From positions 85,312,001 through 85,376,000 of the forward strand of contig CM075977.1 of NCBI GenBank assembly GCA_038087875.1: DNA of 64,000 bases, written 5' to 3'. This document shows, piece by piece, positions 10,763 to 24,535 of the stretch. The stretch's first letter is position 1. The number at the start of each line of letters is the position of its first letter. A model generated the notes under the pieces. That model was given only the letters and a program-made list of their open reading frames with translations. It searched no databases and had not been told where the DNA came from. The stretch is from Malacoraja senta (Eukaryota). Made by a program: the position numbers and the translations under genes.

Positions 10763-13700
10763 GAATCTTTCACTCAGTGCTGACTTTAATTACCACATTA
10801 TATTCTGCACCACCCCTTATGGTATGATTTTCCTTGAAAGTACAGAAAACAAAATGTTTCCATTGACAACAATAATAAACTAAATTAAATATGAATAAGT
10901 GAATGAGGCAGAGTTGTCACCAGGAAACTCCAACAACATCCCAGATGTCTCCAGGTGGGCCACCTCTGGTGGTGTAGAAGCTATATGAAAGCCCGTTTCA
11001 GGTTCTCCATTTCTTCTTGGTGGTCTGAGTCCCCCTCTTCTGAAAGAAAGAACCTGGGAGCAAAACTAATTGCATGTGTTGAACAAATGATGGAGAACAC
11101 TTTTCATGCTGCCACTGAAAATCAGCAACATGGTATAAAGTTGGTTGACGTGTCAGCGAGAGATGTGGAAAGGAATGGGTCGACTTGAAAGGTGCAATGG
11201 TGTGTGGGATAACTGCTGGATTAAGCTGGCGGGAAGATTGAGGGAATTATAGAGTTATGCACACAAGAGGATGCAAATTAATGTGTCGCCTTCTCAACTT
11301 TTCTGACCTGCTGAATATTTTAAACCACTTTAAGCATTCAGACCAGGAAGTTGAAACCATTTCAATGTAGTTCACTACTGTCGCTCTCCACAGCTGCATC
11401 ATTCTTTCCTTTGCTGTCAGTCTTCCTTCTCCCAGCAGCAGGGAAGATAAAGGTCCCGGTGAGCTCTTTATTTCCCAGCATGACACAGAGAGAGAAAAAC
11501 AATAACTCCAGAGGCAGCTTGGGTTGTCAATACTTCATTTACTCTTATTTTGTTTTCTCCTCCAGTTATTGCACAGCCAACTCCCAAATCCATTAAATAC
11601 CTCGTTTTTTTATGCCCATTTACAGAGTGAAATTGAAATGGAGACACTTGTTGACATTATACATGTTTAGCCTAATTGGTCAAAAATTTGGAAATCCAGT
11701 GGCTGGGTTAAAAAGTCACAGAATACGTGCTCCAGACACTTCCAGTTTTCCCAGATGCTACTGAAAACTCAACCTTGACTGCTTTCAGCATGCCAGGAGG
11801 TTAAAATTCACATCCAAGTGCTCACACGTTAAAAGACACAAAATTATTCCCAGGGTAAATCAAGATTTTCAAATTAACGGCATGACTTTTAAAACATTTA
11901 TTTAACTTATTTTGTGTTCAGTTGGCTGATCTCAGTCAAGTAAGATTGTGTATTTTATAGCTGGTCTCAACTCTCATAAATTAGCAGATTTGTAAATGAA
12001 AAGACAACCTCTCAATTGAAAAGAAAACACTTTCAATCAAAACCCACTGATTCTTGCTTGCGATTCCTTATGGATATTAATTGCAAACAGAAACAAATAT
12101 AGCCAAACAATGTTCCCATGTTCAAAGAGCCTGCCAACATCGCTATTTAAGCTCACAAATAAGGAATACATAGCTCTCTAGGGTGAAGTATTGAAGGGCT
12201 TTGGAAAAAATATGAACAGTACCAATGAAAAAGAAATAATCAAATAATACTACATTGTGATTTAAGGAATATATATTGGACATTCATTTTTTACTTAAAC
12301 ATAATTAGTCAAAAATGAACATGATAAATATTTCTAATTTCCCCAAAGAATCTATTTTATAATTCATTTGTAAGAAAGGCAAATTAAAATAAGTCTGTAC
12401 ACATATTTAATATCCAACCATCACCAAAAAAGAATCCCAGGAGAAACCTTAGCTCCCTCATAGTTTCAAAGCCCTTCAATATCACCAGGTTTCGTAAAAA
12501 TAACACGGGAGATTAATTTACAGCAGTCAGCAGAAAAAGTAATTACACCTCTGTTAAGGGAAACAAAATGAGCACAGCCCTTTCATCCTGTGGTCATCAT
12601 CCACTCATGGGGAGGTCTTACAGACCGTAACAAACGTAAAACAGGTTTGATACAAGACGCTGTGTGGGCTAACCAGTACTGCTGGCTGTGACATGGCAAT
12701 GTAATAAAGTAGGATGGGTGAAGATTACTAAAGTGGTTTAATAATAAAAGTTTCATCAACTTTGAGTGTAAACTAATACTCTCCCTGTGCAATATAGGAG
12801 ACATTGAGAGAGAGTTATTGTTTCTGAGTCTCTGAATCCTATGATGCTCTGTAAAACCCTGGCTTCTCTGTGGAACAAATTAGCGAGATAGGAGCTTCCA
12901 AATACGATAAAAGCTTCAACTTTCAGGTCAAAGGGCAAGTCAGGAGAGAGCAGAGACCCACATAAAAGCTAAGAACCTTCGCAACATTTAAAGAATGAAG
13001 ACCTGCTGGGACTAGTTTGCAGCTCGCATGTGCAGAGTTTTTATTTCAATTCCCCATTTTTGTGGGCAAGATGTTGGTGTCCCTTGTGGGCTTCTGACAG
13101 GAGTCCATTTGCTTTGGTTGATCAGCTCTTTGCCATGGGCTGTGTCTATCATCAGTGCACAATATATGTGGCAGAGTTAGTCGATCTCTCGAGGGAAATG
13201 CCTATGAAGTCCAGATGGGCTCTTTAAATCTAACAATTTCATTCCCTGATTTATTCTTTACTTTTTTTACAAGATCAGTTAGCTGGTATTCCAGCATAGG
13301 TGATTGCCAGCGACTTGTACATCTGCATTTAAACATTTTACATATGTCGGATTAAATGCTTCATTTTCCAAAGTTTGTTACACAAAATGAGTATTTATAC
13401 CCGTAGAACTGCCTCTAAAACATTGAAGATTGAATTAAGCAGCAATTGTAGAACATTGTGCTGCATTATTGCCAGAGTTGATCTAATTCATGCAAGGAGT
13501 GTTAAAATGCAGGACAGTGATCAGAGGGGTGAACATTGCATTGGTTAAATGTTCTTTTTAGTAAATGTCCAAAGAACATAAACAACATGCCAACTACACA
13601 GAACTTTCCAGGCTTCTCACTAAATAAGGTTAAACATGCAAGGTGGGGGAAAATAATAAAATAAAATATTTTAATCTAATGTCATACATAGGAAATCTCT

Positions 13701-14719
13701 CATGTATGACATTAATGCTTATACAAGCCAGTCAAAAATTGATAGCATTTCTGTTTAAATTTACAGGAAAATCACATATACTGTGCAAAAGTTTTTTCCA
13801 CCCTTATTGCAATTTTTCAACAAGTAATTTATTCTTCTGCTATATTATTGAACTAAGTCATGTGAAATAATCTACAGAGTGCTAACCAATATTAAGGCAG
13901 GATATGTTTTTTTTGGGTTGTAATGAAGTGAAATGCTGTTTCGCGTGTGAGGCATGATAACAATTTAGCAAATTAGATCCACTGAGCTAAACTGAGCTCA
14001 GTTCACAGCACCAGCTGGACTCACCCTCACACCCTCTGCATTCACATTATAGTCTGGTATGGATCCATGGGTTCAAACGCCCTAGACCTCTTGTTCATGG
14101 GGTGGGGGGGTATTTTACTCCTTTAATTATTTGTGCTTCCATGTGATTTTAATAGTCTTTACTTTGTATTAAATTTTTAAGCACTATAAGAAATGTCTCT
14201 AGTTTTTTAATGTCTCTTATATATATATTGAAGCACTTTTTTTGGCTCTGGATCAAGAATCTCCATTCAATTCAATGGGAATTTCTATCCTACACCTGGT
14301 CTGGCTGGTATAGGGTCCCAAAAGCAGATTTCCCAGTGTAAGGCTGGGGAATCTGTACAATTGGATTCCATGTCTCAACTGTATTCCAAAAAATAGAGTG
14401 ACACATGTCTTAGGTTAATCCAAGGTCATGCAAGTTCAGAACTTAGTTACCTGGGAATGGGTGAACCTAATGGTTCCAAAGCTGATATGGCCCAAAAGTT
14501 GGGAAAAGCAAATCAAACCCAGTGGAAAACAGAGCAAAATACAAAACGCAACAACATGAATATAAATTTCCTGGGATTTACAGTACATGAATTATCCAAC
14601 AAAATATCATTTATTTGAAAAATCATTGAATCACAGAAGGCAGCCTTGAACATGTGGCTTTAAGGGGTCTCAAATTAGCACAAGATGTACCACCATTGCA
14701 ATACAGCAGTGAAATCTCA

Positions 14720-15066
14720 GCTTAAACTGATTTCTACCAGCAAAACACCCCAAAGGCTCTTGGATGCCGTAACCAGGAGGGAGTTGGAGATGTCGGATGT
14801 GAGGAGCATGGGCCAGTAGGAGGGTGAACCAGGGTAATGCCTCCAGCACCTTAACGGTAGGCTGCAGGAGGCTCCATGGAGACAAAGATGGCCGGGCAAG
14901 GAGAGAAGAGCGATGCCGGTTCGCGGGAACTGTTCCAGCACATTGCGCATGGGCCAACCGGACTTTGAATAATGGCGGCAAAAATGGCAGCACCCACATA
15001 TGTAATATACGCAGAAAGAATTTCACTATGCAGTTGCATATATGACAAATAAAGCACTATTAAACT
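14720..15066 (+). mobile_element. GC-rich SINE-like element / LINE 3' end
   Basis: GC-rich body ending atttcactatgcagttgcatatatgacaaataaa, the same tail type as other retroelements here. Confidence 0.45.
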
Positions 15067-16330
15067 GTTGAACAAATTAAGAGGCCACTTTGATTTCCTG
15101 GAAATGATGTATCATACAAGATCTCAGAGAATCTTTCCCAGTTCATTAAAATTAAGCATTTAAACCTAAATTACATTAAATCAAACTAACTTATATTCCG
15201 ATTCTTAAAAGTATTGTTTTGAATTTGTGAGTTGATTTCATAAACTTCCATATTAAAGTAATGCTTAAATTGAGCCAGATACAGTTACCACTGTGGCAAG
15301 TCAATACATTTCACACCTGTTCCTATCTGTGCTATTCATTTACAGGCTGCAAGTTCAAAAGTAAAAGTAATAAACACAATTAAGTCCAGTTCAACTATTA
15401 GTACTATATTTAAACTAATCAATAGTTCAAAAGACATTCCACAGAGATAAGTGTGAATGTCAAAATTGCCAATCACGTAATAATTGTCTACACTGGAATT
15501 AACATCCACATGGGAAACTTCAAACTTCAGACACACAAGTGTAAACATTAAAATCTAATGTTCTTGTTTTTTTGGCAGCTGTGTCACAAATCTCACAATG
15601 TGGTCATTCAACTTGCATTTTAACAATGCTGTCTGCTATCTCGAAGAAAGTTGTGTCTCTTACTCTCCTGGTTAATGGGAGTGTAATTTATTTTTAATCC
15701 TTTGCAGTAATCTGCAGCAAATGATAATCCTGAAATACATGGATCTCTGAAGAAAGTGGATAACTGGCTAGCTCTTCAGAATTTTGGGGCTCTTGGGACA
15801 CAATTTGATCATAATTGTAATCATAAAGTCAGAGATCTACAATATGGAACAGGCCCTTCAGCCCACCATGTCTATGCCAACAATCATGCCTGACTATACT
15901 AATCCACTTACCTGCATTAATTCCATATGCTTTGCTCATTCAAGTACCTGTTCTGCAAATATTATTTATGACATTGGCCAAGGAATTCATCCTAGGACAA
16001 TGTTTGGACTTACTATTCCATTTCTGAAATCTATGTCTATTGAAGTTGATGAAAACAAATTTGAAAAGTGCAGTAGAGTACACAAATGCTATTATTCCAA
16101 CACATTTAATACTAATTATCTAGAATTGAATCCAAGCCAATGATACATTGCAATTTCTTGTGTTCTTTTGGTGCATACCACCTAATACTAGTTTCTGTAA
16201 TGAAATTCTCCAAAATAATGAAAATTCCTAGAGTTTAAAATGTTTCATTTGGAAATAGAGATCATTGAGGAAGTCCTGTAGGATCTTAATTGGAAAGATT
16301 TTATCGTGGGTTAGTGCATTTAAAACTAAT

Positions 16331-16387
16331 GTGCAACTCCTCTACGAGCTGACTATGGTGCAACTCCTCTACGAGCTGACTATGGTG
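16331..16387. repeat. Perfect 27-bp tandem duplication
   Basis: GTGCAACTCCTCTACGAGCTGACTATG twice, plus GTG. Confidence 0.95.
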
Positions 16388-17394
16388 AACTCTGTCTCGT
16401 CTTACCTTGGTAAAACGTACTTCCACTTTAATGAGGTAAATCACCAGCATTTAAAGCCAAGTCAAATGAAACACGATATTCGAGTATCAAAAGGAAAACC
16501 AACATTTACCATTAGCTAATTTTGCTTCTTCCAGTTGACAAATTGCCCAAACATATCGACAACTACCAATGATGAAAAGATAACTAAAATTTACCATGCA
16601 TTAGTCTGCTGATAGTTCTTTATTCGTGTTCTCCCTGCCTCCTGAAATTCATGGGGTTCCATTTTGACTCCTTTAGCAAGTCCCCTTCCTAGTTTCAACA
16701 TCCTTAGTTTCTGTGGGTCTCTCTGTGTTACTTTAGAGTTCCTGCTTTTCAGCTCTTAGAAAGCTTGAATCTCAGATCCTTTGCAGTCTCAGCTTTTTTT
16801 CCCCCAAGAAAGGTTATCACTAGTACCTTATTGAAAGTGATCCACAAGAAGTCTATGGGGAAACTCAGAAGCTCTGAGGGCTGAATATTGGTTAGCATCT
16901 AGCTTACATTCCTTCTCTTCTTAGCATCACATTTGGTCAAATAAACATTTTATTACTTCTACAGTTGAGGGCGACAGCTTTGGCCACAAGAAAACCGTGG
17001 AAGAAATCAACGTTTGGGATCAGAACGTATGAACATTTACCTAAAATGTGCGAGTAAGGATGAGCTACTCCTTCGGTACCTCAGCTTCAAAGTATCAGCT
17101 ACTATATCATATTCCAATACCAGACTATATCAATATAATCTCCAAGTGGACCCGAGATAACATGTTTGGTCATTTTACAAGAGCTTCTGAAAGTTGCTCT
17201 CTAACCCAAAAGAGCAATCAAGGAAGTTCCAAGAAGCCATGGTGACCAAGATGACATAGCCTATTAACACATATCCATGTTCTAAATGTAAATAACATTT
17301 TCCCTGCCAGAAATGTTCCCATCACTCTTTCAAATGCTTGTGGCAAATTTACACTCATTGCACATGCTTGCGACTTATTCCAGAGAACATTGAC

Positions 17395-18165
17395 ATAGGA
17401 GAGAGTTACTGACTTCGGGAAGCGTGGTGGAGTACATAACCCAATCAACATTAATGGTGCTGAAGTGGAAATGGTTGAGAGCTTCAAGTTCCTTGGCATA
17501 AATATCATCAGCAATCTGTCCTGGACCTATCGTATTGAAGCTACAACCAGAAAAGCAACCAGACTTCAAGAGACTAAAGATGTTTGGCATGTGTCCAACA
17601 TCTCTTACTAATTTTTGCAGATATATCGCAGAAAACATACTATCTAGCTACATCACAGCTTGGATTGGGAACAGCTCTGACCAAGCTTTCAAGAAATTGG
17701 AGTGTTGTGGATATAGCAGTCCATCACACAGACCAGATTCCCCATCATTGACTCCATCAACATTTTATGACCCCTAGGGAAAATGGCTAACATAATCAAG
17801 GATTTATTTTTGCCCCAGCCTTTCCCTCTTCCATTGGGCAAAAGATACAAAAACTTGAAAATACAGACAGCAGACTTGAGAATAGCTTCTTCCCTTCCAT
17901 TATGAGACTACTGAATGATCCTCCCATAAGCTAGGGTGTAGCCCTGATCTTCCAACCTACCTTATTGGAACATTGGTCTTTTTCTCTGGAACTGTAATGC
18001 TACAAAACAGTATTCTGCACTGGTATTTTTCTCTTTGCATTATTTGTTGTACTTATATATATGGCGTGAATGTAATCACGTACAGCATTATCTGATTTAA
18101 TTGGATAGCGTGCAAACAAAAAGTTTTTCAGTGTATTTTGGAAAACGAGGCAATAATAAACTAAT
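17395..18165 (+). mobile_element. Rex1/Babar-type LINE 3' fragment, degraded
   Basis: Translates DFGKRGGVHNPININGAEVEMVESFKFLGINI and RLKMFGMCPTSLTNFCRYIAENILSSYITAWIGN; tail ending aataataaacta. Confidence 0.8.
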
Positions 18166-18535
18166 ATTACTAGCAGAACAAAGAACAGTACCAGAGGAAC
18201 AGGCCCTTCAGCCCACAATGACTGTGCCAAACATGATATGAAGTTCAACTAATCCCTGCCTGCATGTGATCCATATCCATGTGCCTATTTAAAAGTCTCT
18301 TAAATGTCACTACTGTATTTCCATCCACCACCATCCCTGGCAGCACATTCCAGGCATCCACCACTTTGTGTAAAAACAACTTGCTCTGAAAATCTCCTTT
18401 AAACTTTCCCTCTTCCCCTTTAGGCTATGCTGTTTATTAGTTTATGTTTCCACTATGGGAAAAATGTTTTGACTATGTACCCTATATATACCTCTCAAAT
18501 TTTATATACTTCTGACAGGTCACGCCTTCATCTCA

Positions 18536-19074
18536 AGGGGCTGTCCCACTTGGGCGACCTAATCCGCGAGTTCTAGCGAGTTTGCCCTCGACTCATACTC
18601 GCAGCATGGTCGGCACAAGGTCGTAGGAGATCTTCGTAACTCTCCTTCATGCTCGAGTGTGGTCTCCGTGTAAAGGCCTCAACTAGGTCGCCCTGTTTTT
18701 TTCAACATGTTAAAAAATGCCTGCGAGTAAAAAAAGGTCGCCATGGAAAAAATCGATACTTTTTTTACTCGTAGGTTTAGTCGTAGTAGGCCGTAGTAGG
18801 TCGGCATGTTAGTCATAGGTGATCGAGGGTAGTCGAAGGTAGTCATAGATAGTCTTCATCATAGTCGAAGGGAGGTCGAAGGAGATCGAAGGAGGTCATC
18901 TTCACTCTCCACTATTCGGTGTCCAATTTTCCCAAAGTTAGTCGTAGCTAGTCGAAGTTGGTCTTCAACATAGTCGAAGGAGGTCTTCTACATAGTCCAA
19001 GTAGGTCTTCAACATGTCATTTTTTCAAACTCTTCTAAACTCGCCAATTAGGTCGCCCAAGTGGGACAGCCCCT
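18536..19074. mobile_element. PIF/Harbinger-type MITE
   Basis: Perfect 28-bp TIR AGGGGCTGTCCCACTTGGGCGACCTAAT; flanks TCA/TAA; internal (GTCGWAG)-like repeats. Confidence 0.85.
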
Positions 19075-20489
19075 TAAGGTTGTTCAACCTTTCTTTATAG
19101 CTAACACCATCTAATTAAGGAACGATCCTAGTAAACTTCTTTTGCTCCCTCTCCAAAGCCTCCACTTTCCTCATCTAAAAGGGTGACTGGAACTGCGCAC
19201 AGTACTCCAAAAGCTCAAAAACCCAAGATCACTTTGTACATCAATGCAGTTAAAAGTCTGGCCATTAACTGTATACTTTGCCCATACATTCTCCTCAAAT
19301 CCTTTACATTGACATTAAATCCTTACGTCAATTTCCCAAAGGGCAACATCTCATATTTAGTCAGATTAAATCCCATCTGCCACTTCTCCACACATATCTT
19401 TAACTGATTAACATCCCACTGCCTTGTATCAGCTTTCTCCACTGTTGGTAGGTCCACCAGAGGTCACAGCACAGCTCCCTGCAGAACTCCACCAGTCACC
19501 AACCCGAGCTAAAATAACGTCCTTCCACCACTACCCTCTGTATTTTATGGATAAACCAGTTCTGATTCTATACTACTGTCATCGTAGTTTCTAATCATGT
19601 TAATCTTCTGAATTAACTTAGCACGAGTGACTTTATCAAATACCTTATTAAAATGTATGTTTACTGCATCCATTGCACTACCCTCATCAATCACTTTTGT
19701 CATCGCCTCACAAAACTCAATCAAGTTACTAAGACATAATCTGCCACATACAGAGCAGTGCTAACTGTATCCAATTATCCCAAACTCTTCCAAATGCAAG
19801 TAAATACTGTACCAAAGAATCCTCTCCAATAGTTTCCTTATCACTGACTCGAGATTCACCACCCTATAATTTCCTGGATAATCACTACTTCTCTTCTTTG
19901 TATTCCTCTACAAAGGAAAGACATTGGCTACTCTCCAGTCCACCGGGATCTCACCAGCAGTTAGAGAGGATACAAAGATTTTTGTCAAAGCCTCTGCAAT
20001 TTCCTCTTGCCTCTCAATAATCAGCGATAGATCCCATCAGGCCCCGGGGATGTATCCATGTAATGGTTTTCAAGAGACCACCTCGTTCATGATTTCTAAC
20101 TGCATTTTAGCATACACCATACTAATCTCATCATCCTCTATGTCCTTCTCCTTGGAAAATACAGATACAAAGAACTCTTTTCGTATCTTGTCTACATCCT
20201 CCAAGCATAAATTCCTTCCTTTCTCGAGTGATTTACTGTATCTTCTTCCCAGTTACCCTCTTGTTTTTAATCTATATTATAAAGCCTTGGGATTTTCTTA
20301 AGTATCACTTGCCAATAACACTTCATGGCCCCTTTATGCCCTTCTAATCGCCTGCTTGAGTTCTTTCCTGCCCGTTTTATATTCCTTAAAGGCCCCGTCT
20401 GATTTGCTCTTCCTTCCTTTTTTTGCCTTTGTGACCAAATTTACAACCATTTTTGTCATCCAAGTTTTCCCCTTACCTTGCCATCCTTA

Positions 20490-21175
20490 AGGGCCTGTCT
20501 CACTGCGGCGACCTAATTCACGAGTTTAGAAGAGTTTGTCCTCGACTCATACTCGCAGCATGTTCGACACGAGGTCCTAGGAGGTCTTTGTAACTCTCCT
20601 TCATGCTCGAGTGTAGTCCCCGCGTACTCGAGGCCTCAGCTAGGTCGCGACGTTTTTTCAACACGCTGAAAAATGCCCGCGAGTAAAAAAAGGTCGCATG
20701 GAAAAAATTCAATATTTTTTTACTCGTAGGTTTAGTAGGTCAGCATGCTATCCTAGGTAATCAAAGGCATTCGAAGGTAGTCGAAGGTAAAGCTCTTTGA
20801 GAAAAAAAAGGTAAGTAAACCGACCGGTAATGTTAAATGTCCGCTAAATTTTATTAAATGTTGGCTGGCTTCTTAAAAGTATCTCCACTCCTTCTCGCCC
20901 CCTTCTCTTCTCTCCCCAACCCCCGCGCTCTCTAAAGGACTTACCATACTGTGCCAGCCGTCTTTTACCTTCCTGTTCATCGCGGGTGTGAATTTCAGAC
21001 AGCGCTCCCCCACTTTCCCTGGCCCCCGCCTTTGCTGTGTGTGCGTGCTGACGGTCGATCCAGCTCGCGGTTTCATCGTTCACGGTCGATCCAGCTCGAG
21101 GTTTTTCAGGCGAGTGCCCTCGAGCTTGAAGGTCGAAGACAGACGCTGAAACGTCACGTCAGTGGGACAGGCCCA
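20490..21175. mobile_element. PIF/Harbinger-type MITE
   Basis: TIRs AGGGCCTGTCTCACTG / CAGTGGGACAGGCCCA; TSD TTA at 20487-20489 and 21176-21178. Confidence 0.88.
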
Positions 21176-23679
21176 TTATCCTACCTACTTACTGGAACAT
21201 GCCATCCCGAACTCTCATCAGCTGGCCTTTAAACAACTCCCACGTCTGATGTGAACTTGTTCAATTACAGCTGCTCACAAGTTACTTACTTACCCTAGCT
21301 CCTACCTAGTTGTAATTTCTACTTTCCCAATTTAGTAACTTCCCCAAAGGTCCAAGCGTATCCTTATTCATCATCATCTTATAAGTTATGGAGTTGAGAT
21401 CACTGTTCCCAAAATGCTCTCCCATTGAAACATCAGTTACCTGCCAGGTTCGTTCCCAATACAAGATCCTTTTGGTCTCTCCTCAAGTTGGCTCATTCAC
21501 ATACCATGTCAAGAAACTCTCTTGGTTTCCCTCAACAAATTGTACTTCATCGAAGCCTTTTATAGACAATAGGTGCAGGAGGAGGCCATCTGGCCCTTCG
21601 AGCCAGCATCGCCATTCAATGTGATGATGGCTGATCATCCACAATCAGTACCCCGTTCCTGTCTTCTCCCCATATCCCCTGACTCCGCTCTTTTAAGAGC
21701 CCTATCTAGCTCTCTCTTGAAAGTATCCAGAGAACCAGCCTCTACTGCCCTCGGAGGCAGAGAATTTGCACTTTGGAAACCTTCCAGCCAACCTGCATTG
21801 CCCACCAGCTAGAGGGATAACTTTAGTATAATCCCATTGGAGTGAATGTACCCTCCAGAAACAAACATCTCCTAAATTTTTAAAACATGGCATTAGGTTA
21901 AAAGTAAAAGAAGAGAGGAAAGTAGGAGAGAGTTGTATTCTCCCACTATTGCCATTGCTAATAGCCTTAGACAAATGTTAAAGTTTTCATTGAAGCACAG
22001 CTTTAAAAACTTCAAAAGCTAGTGAACTAACTAAATTGGTCAAATTGATGGCCAAATTTGGTAACATTTGTTTCAACCAATTTGAAAATTAAGTAGTTTT
22101 GGCTCAACCCTTCAACCCCACTTCTTTCACAGTAATACGATGTTTCACCTTCACATTAGAATTCATACATCTGCTACGTAAATGCAGTTATGGAAAGATA
22201 GTGCCTGGTTAGGAATTGGTTATGATAGTGTTCAGTTTACATTGAGATGATTAATTATCCTCAAATAGTTTATACTCTGGCATTGGGAATTGTCTGTTGG
22301 ACAATAAAAACGCATCAGGAAGTGATGACTCAATAAGGAATCAGGCTTTGTGTTATCTCACGACTTCATTCATTGCTGCCTGACTATATAGTCACAAACT
22401 CCCTTGTTGTACTAACCCATTAAGACCAAAATGCTCCAGTTTAAAAAAAAACTCCAATCACTACAGAATTCAACAAATACCAGATGGGGCATCTATAAAT
22501 CGGTCTTAACACCTCTGGAGTAGGAAGGGGGGAAATCAGTTATGGTTCCCTTTCCAGATCGTTGTCCAGTGATTCCTGCTTGAAAATGCTCATGTGGACG
22601 TCAGTCTCACCTGTGATGGTCCCATGGTCAAAGCCTGCGGGCTCTCACCCTCTAGGCTCATGCATGAAGAATGGCCACGTGGGTGAGATACTGAAGGTCT
22701 GCTGGTGCCCAAGGAACTCTACCCAACAACGGTCAGCACCTTCAGGAGATGAGGGGAGAAAAGAGATTTTCTTTTAAACAAAAGCTCCCCCAAACTTCCA
22801 GTGGATTAATGAGCTAGATGGTATATTTTTGAAACATTTTTCTCTCACATTTTGTTCCAACCCACTGATTTTCTAAAACCTTCCCCTCCCAAATAAGGAA
22901 CAAAAGCAATTGTAATCTTTCTTTGAGTTACTTGGTTTATTCTGAAAAGAATTTGATAATCATCTTAAAATACAGGAGTCCGTTTTCCACTGGGAAGAAA
23001 AAAAAATAAAACAACATAGGAATGAGCTCACATTGCCAAACTTAATACAGGATTGAGTAGGTAAAATATTTGGCAGAATATGCATTCAATGTGGATTCTG
23101 CTTCATTAGTTACATTACTGAAGCAATTTGTTACTGATGGGAGAAGGCTACAAGAGAGTTCAGACTATACACCTGGTCTCTAATACACCACACACATTTA
23201 GTTTATTCAGCTGAGTTTTGAACTGTTAGCTATATATTTTATATTCTTCCATGGGAAATAGAAAAAAAGCTGGGGATTTGGATTTTTAAACTTTGCAACT
23301 GCCAAGAAAACAAGCTTTAATAAATTAAATTTCAAATTCAATTACTCTCAGCTCAAGTTGAAGTTCATAAATGTATGCACAATGTTATGGTTGAAAAATA
23401 TCCTGCAGTATTATGTAGAGGTAGATTATAAACATTTTCATAGTATGTATTTTGCTTTGGAAAATATGAACTTGTAAATTTAACTTGCTGAATAAGACAA
23501 TAGCACAATTTCAGGGAGAATGGCTATAGAAACTCATGCTTTTTTTTGCCCAGTGCAGCTGGATTAATATTATCGGCTATTAATTGAACAATCCAACCAC
23601 AAGATGTGTAATCTTACTAAATCTCATTCTGCGAAAAGTAGAATACTTTATCCGTTCCTGCTTAAAGAATAACAAGCCC

Positions 23680-23950
23680 TCAGTGCCAGAGACCCAGTCC
23701 GATCCTGACCTCGGGTGTTGTCTGCAGGGAGTTTGCACGGTCTCTCAGTAACTGCATGGTTTTCCTTCTGGTGCACTGGATTCCTCCCACATCCCTAAGA
23801 TTTGCGGGCTTGTAGGTTAATTGGCCTCTGTAAAGTTGTCCCTAAAGCGTAGGGAATGGATGAGAAAGTGTGATAACTGATAGTCGCGGTTGATGGTGAA
23901 CATGGACTCAGTGGGCCGGACGGCTTTTTCCAAGCTATATCTCTAAACTA
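23680..23950 (+). mobile_element. HE1-like V-SINE, 5' truncated
   Basis: cagtgccagagaccc...gatcctgacc...ttcctcccacatcc...ctctaaacta. Confidence 0.8.
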
Positions 23951-24294
23951 ACGACTATTCCGCTGGTTGTTTTTTTAAAGTGGGAAAATGCACTGTGACA
24001 CATAATTTGCAGGCAAGAGAAGCAAAACCTCCAAAACTAAGAGGGTGAAGAGCCAGTTTACATTAAAATTGAAGCATCCCATGTTAACCTATTTCAATCG
24101 ATTCTAAAACATAGCAGGATAGCCCTTTACATTCTCTGTTAAATGACTAAAAGCAGAAAAGCCACATTGATTGAGCATTTGATGAGCATTACTGAATCTA
24201 CACAACAACATATGATTGGAAAAGGTCATACAACAAAGTACCTTGGACAAGCAAATGTCCACCAGTCCTGCTTCTTGATGACCTGACCTTTCAT

Positions 24295-24535
24295 AAGATC
24301 CTAAGTGATAGGAGCAGAATTAAGCCATTCGGCCCATCAAGTCTACTCTGCAATTCAATTATGGCTGATCTATCTCTCCCTCTTAACCCCATTCTCCTGC
24401 CTTCTCCCCATAACCTCTTACACCCGTACTAATTAATAATCTATCTATCTATCTATGCTTTAAATATATCCACTGATTTGGCCTCCACAGCCTTCTGAGG
24501 CAAAGAATTCCACAGATTCGCCACCCTCTGACTTT
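24295..24535 (-). mobile_element. CR1-like LINE 3' end
   Basis: SQRVANLWNSLPQKAVEAKSVDIFKA in ORF 24453..24641, plus CR1 tail. Confidence 0.85.

Larger units (their letters stand above)
18170..21790 (-). mobile_element. Long degraded CR1-like LINE region hosting two Harbinger-type elements
   Basis: Antisense CR1 ORF2 and 3' UTR motifs throughout (gactttatcaaataccttatt, catcccatcaggcccc-like, acaggcccttcagccc); a younger CR1 tail at ~21560-21770. Confidence 0.7.

Noticed and set aside
14670-15075. Cluster of overlapping ORFs on both strands
   Set aside because: GC-rich repeat-like sequence with a retroelement-type tail; no recognisable protein or splice support.
18770-19010. Short repeated units resembling a CRISPR-like array
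   Set aside because: Irregular, degenerate units without unique spacers, inside a TIR-bounded eukaryotic MITE.
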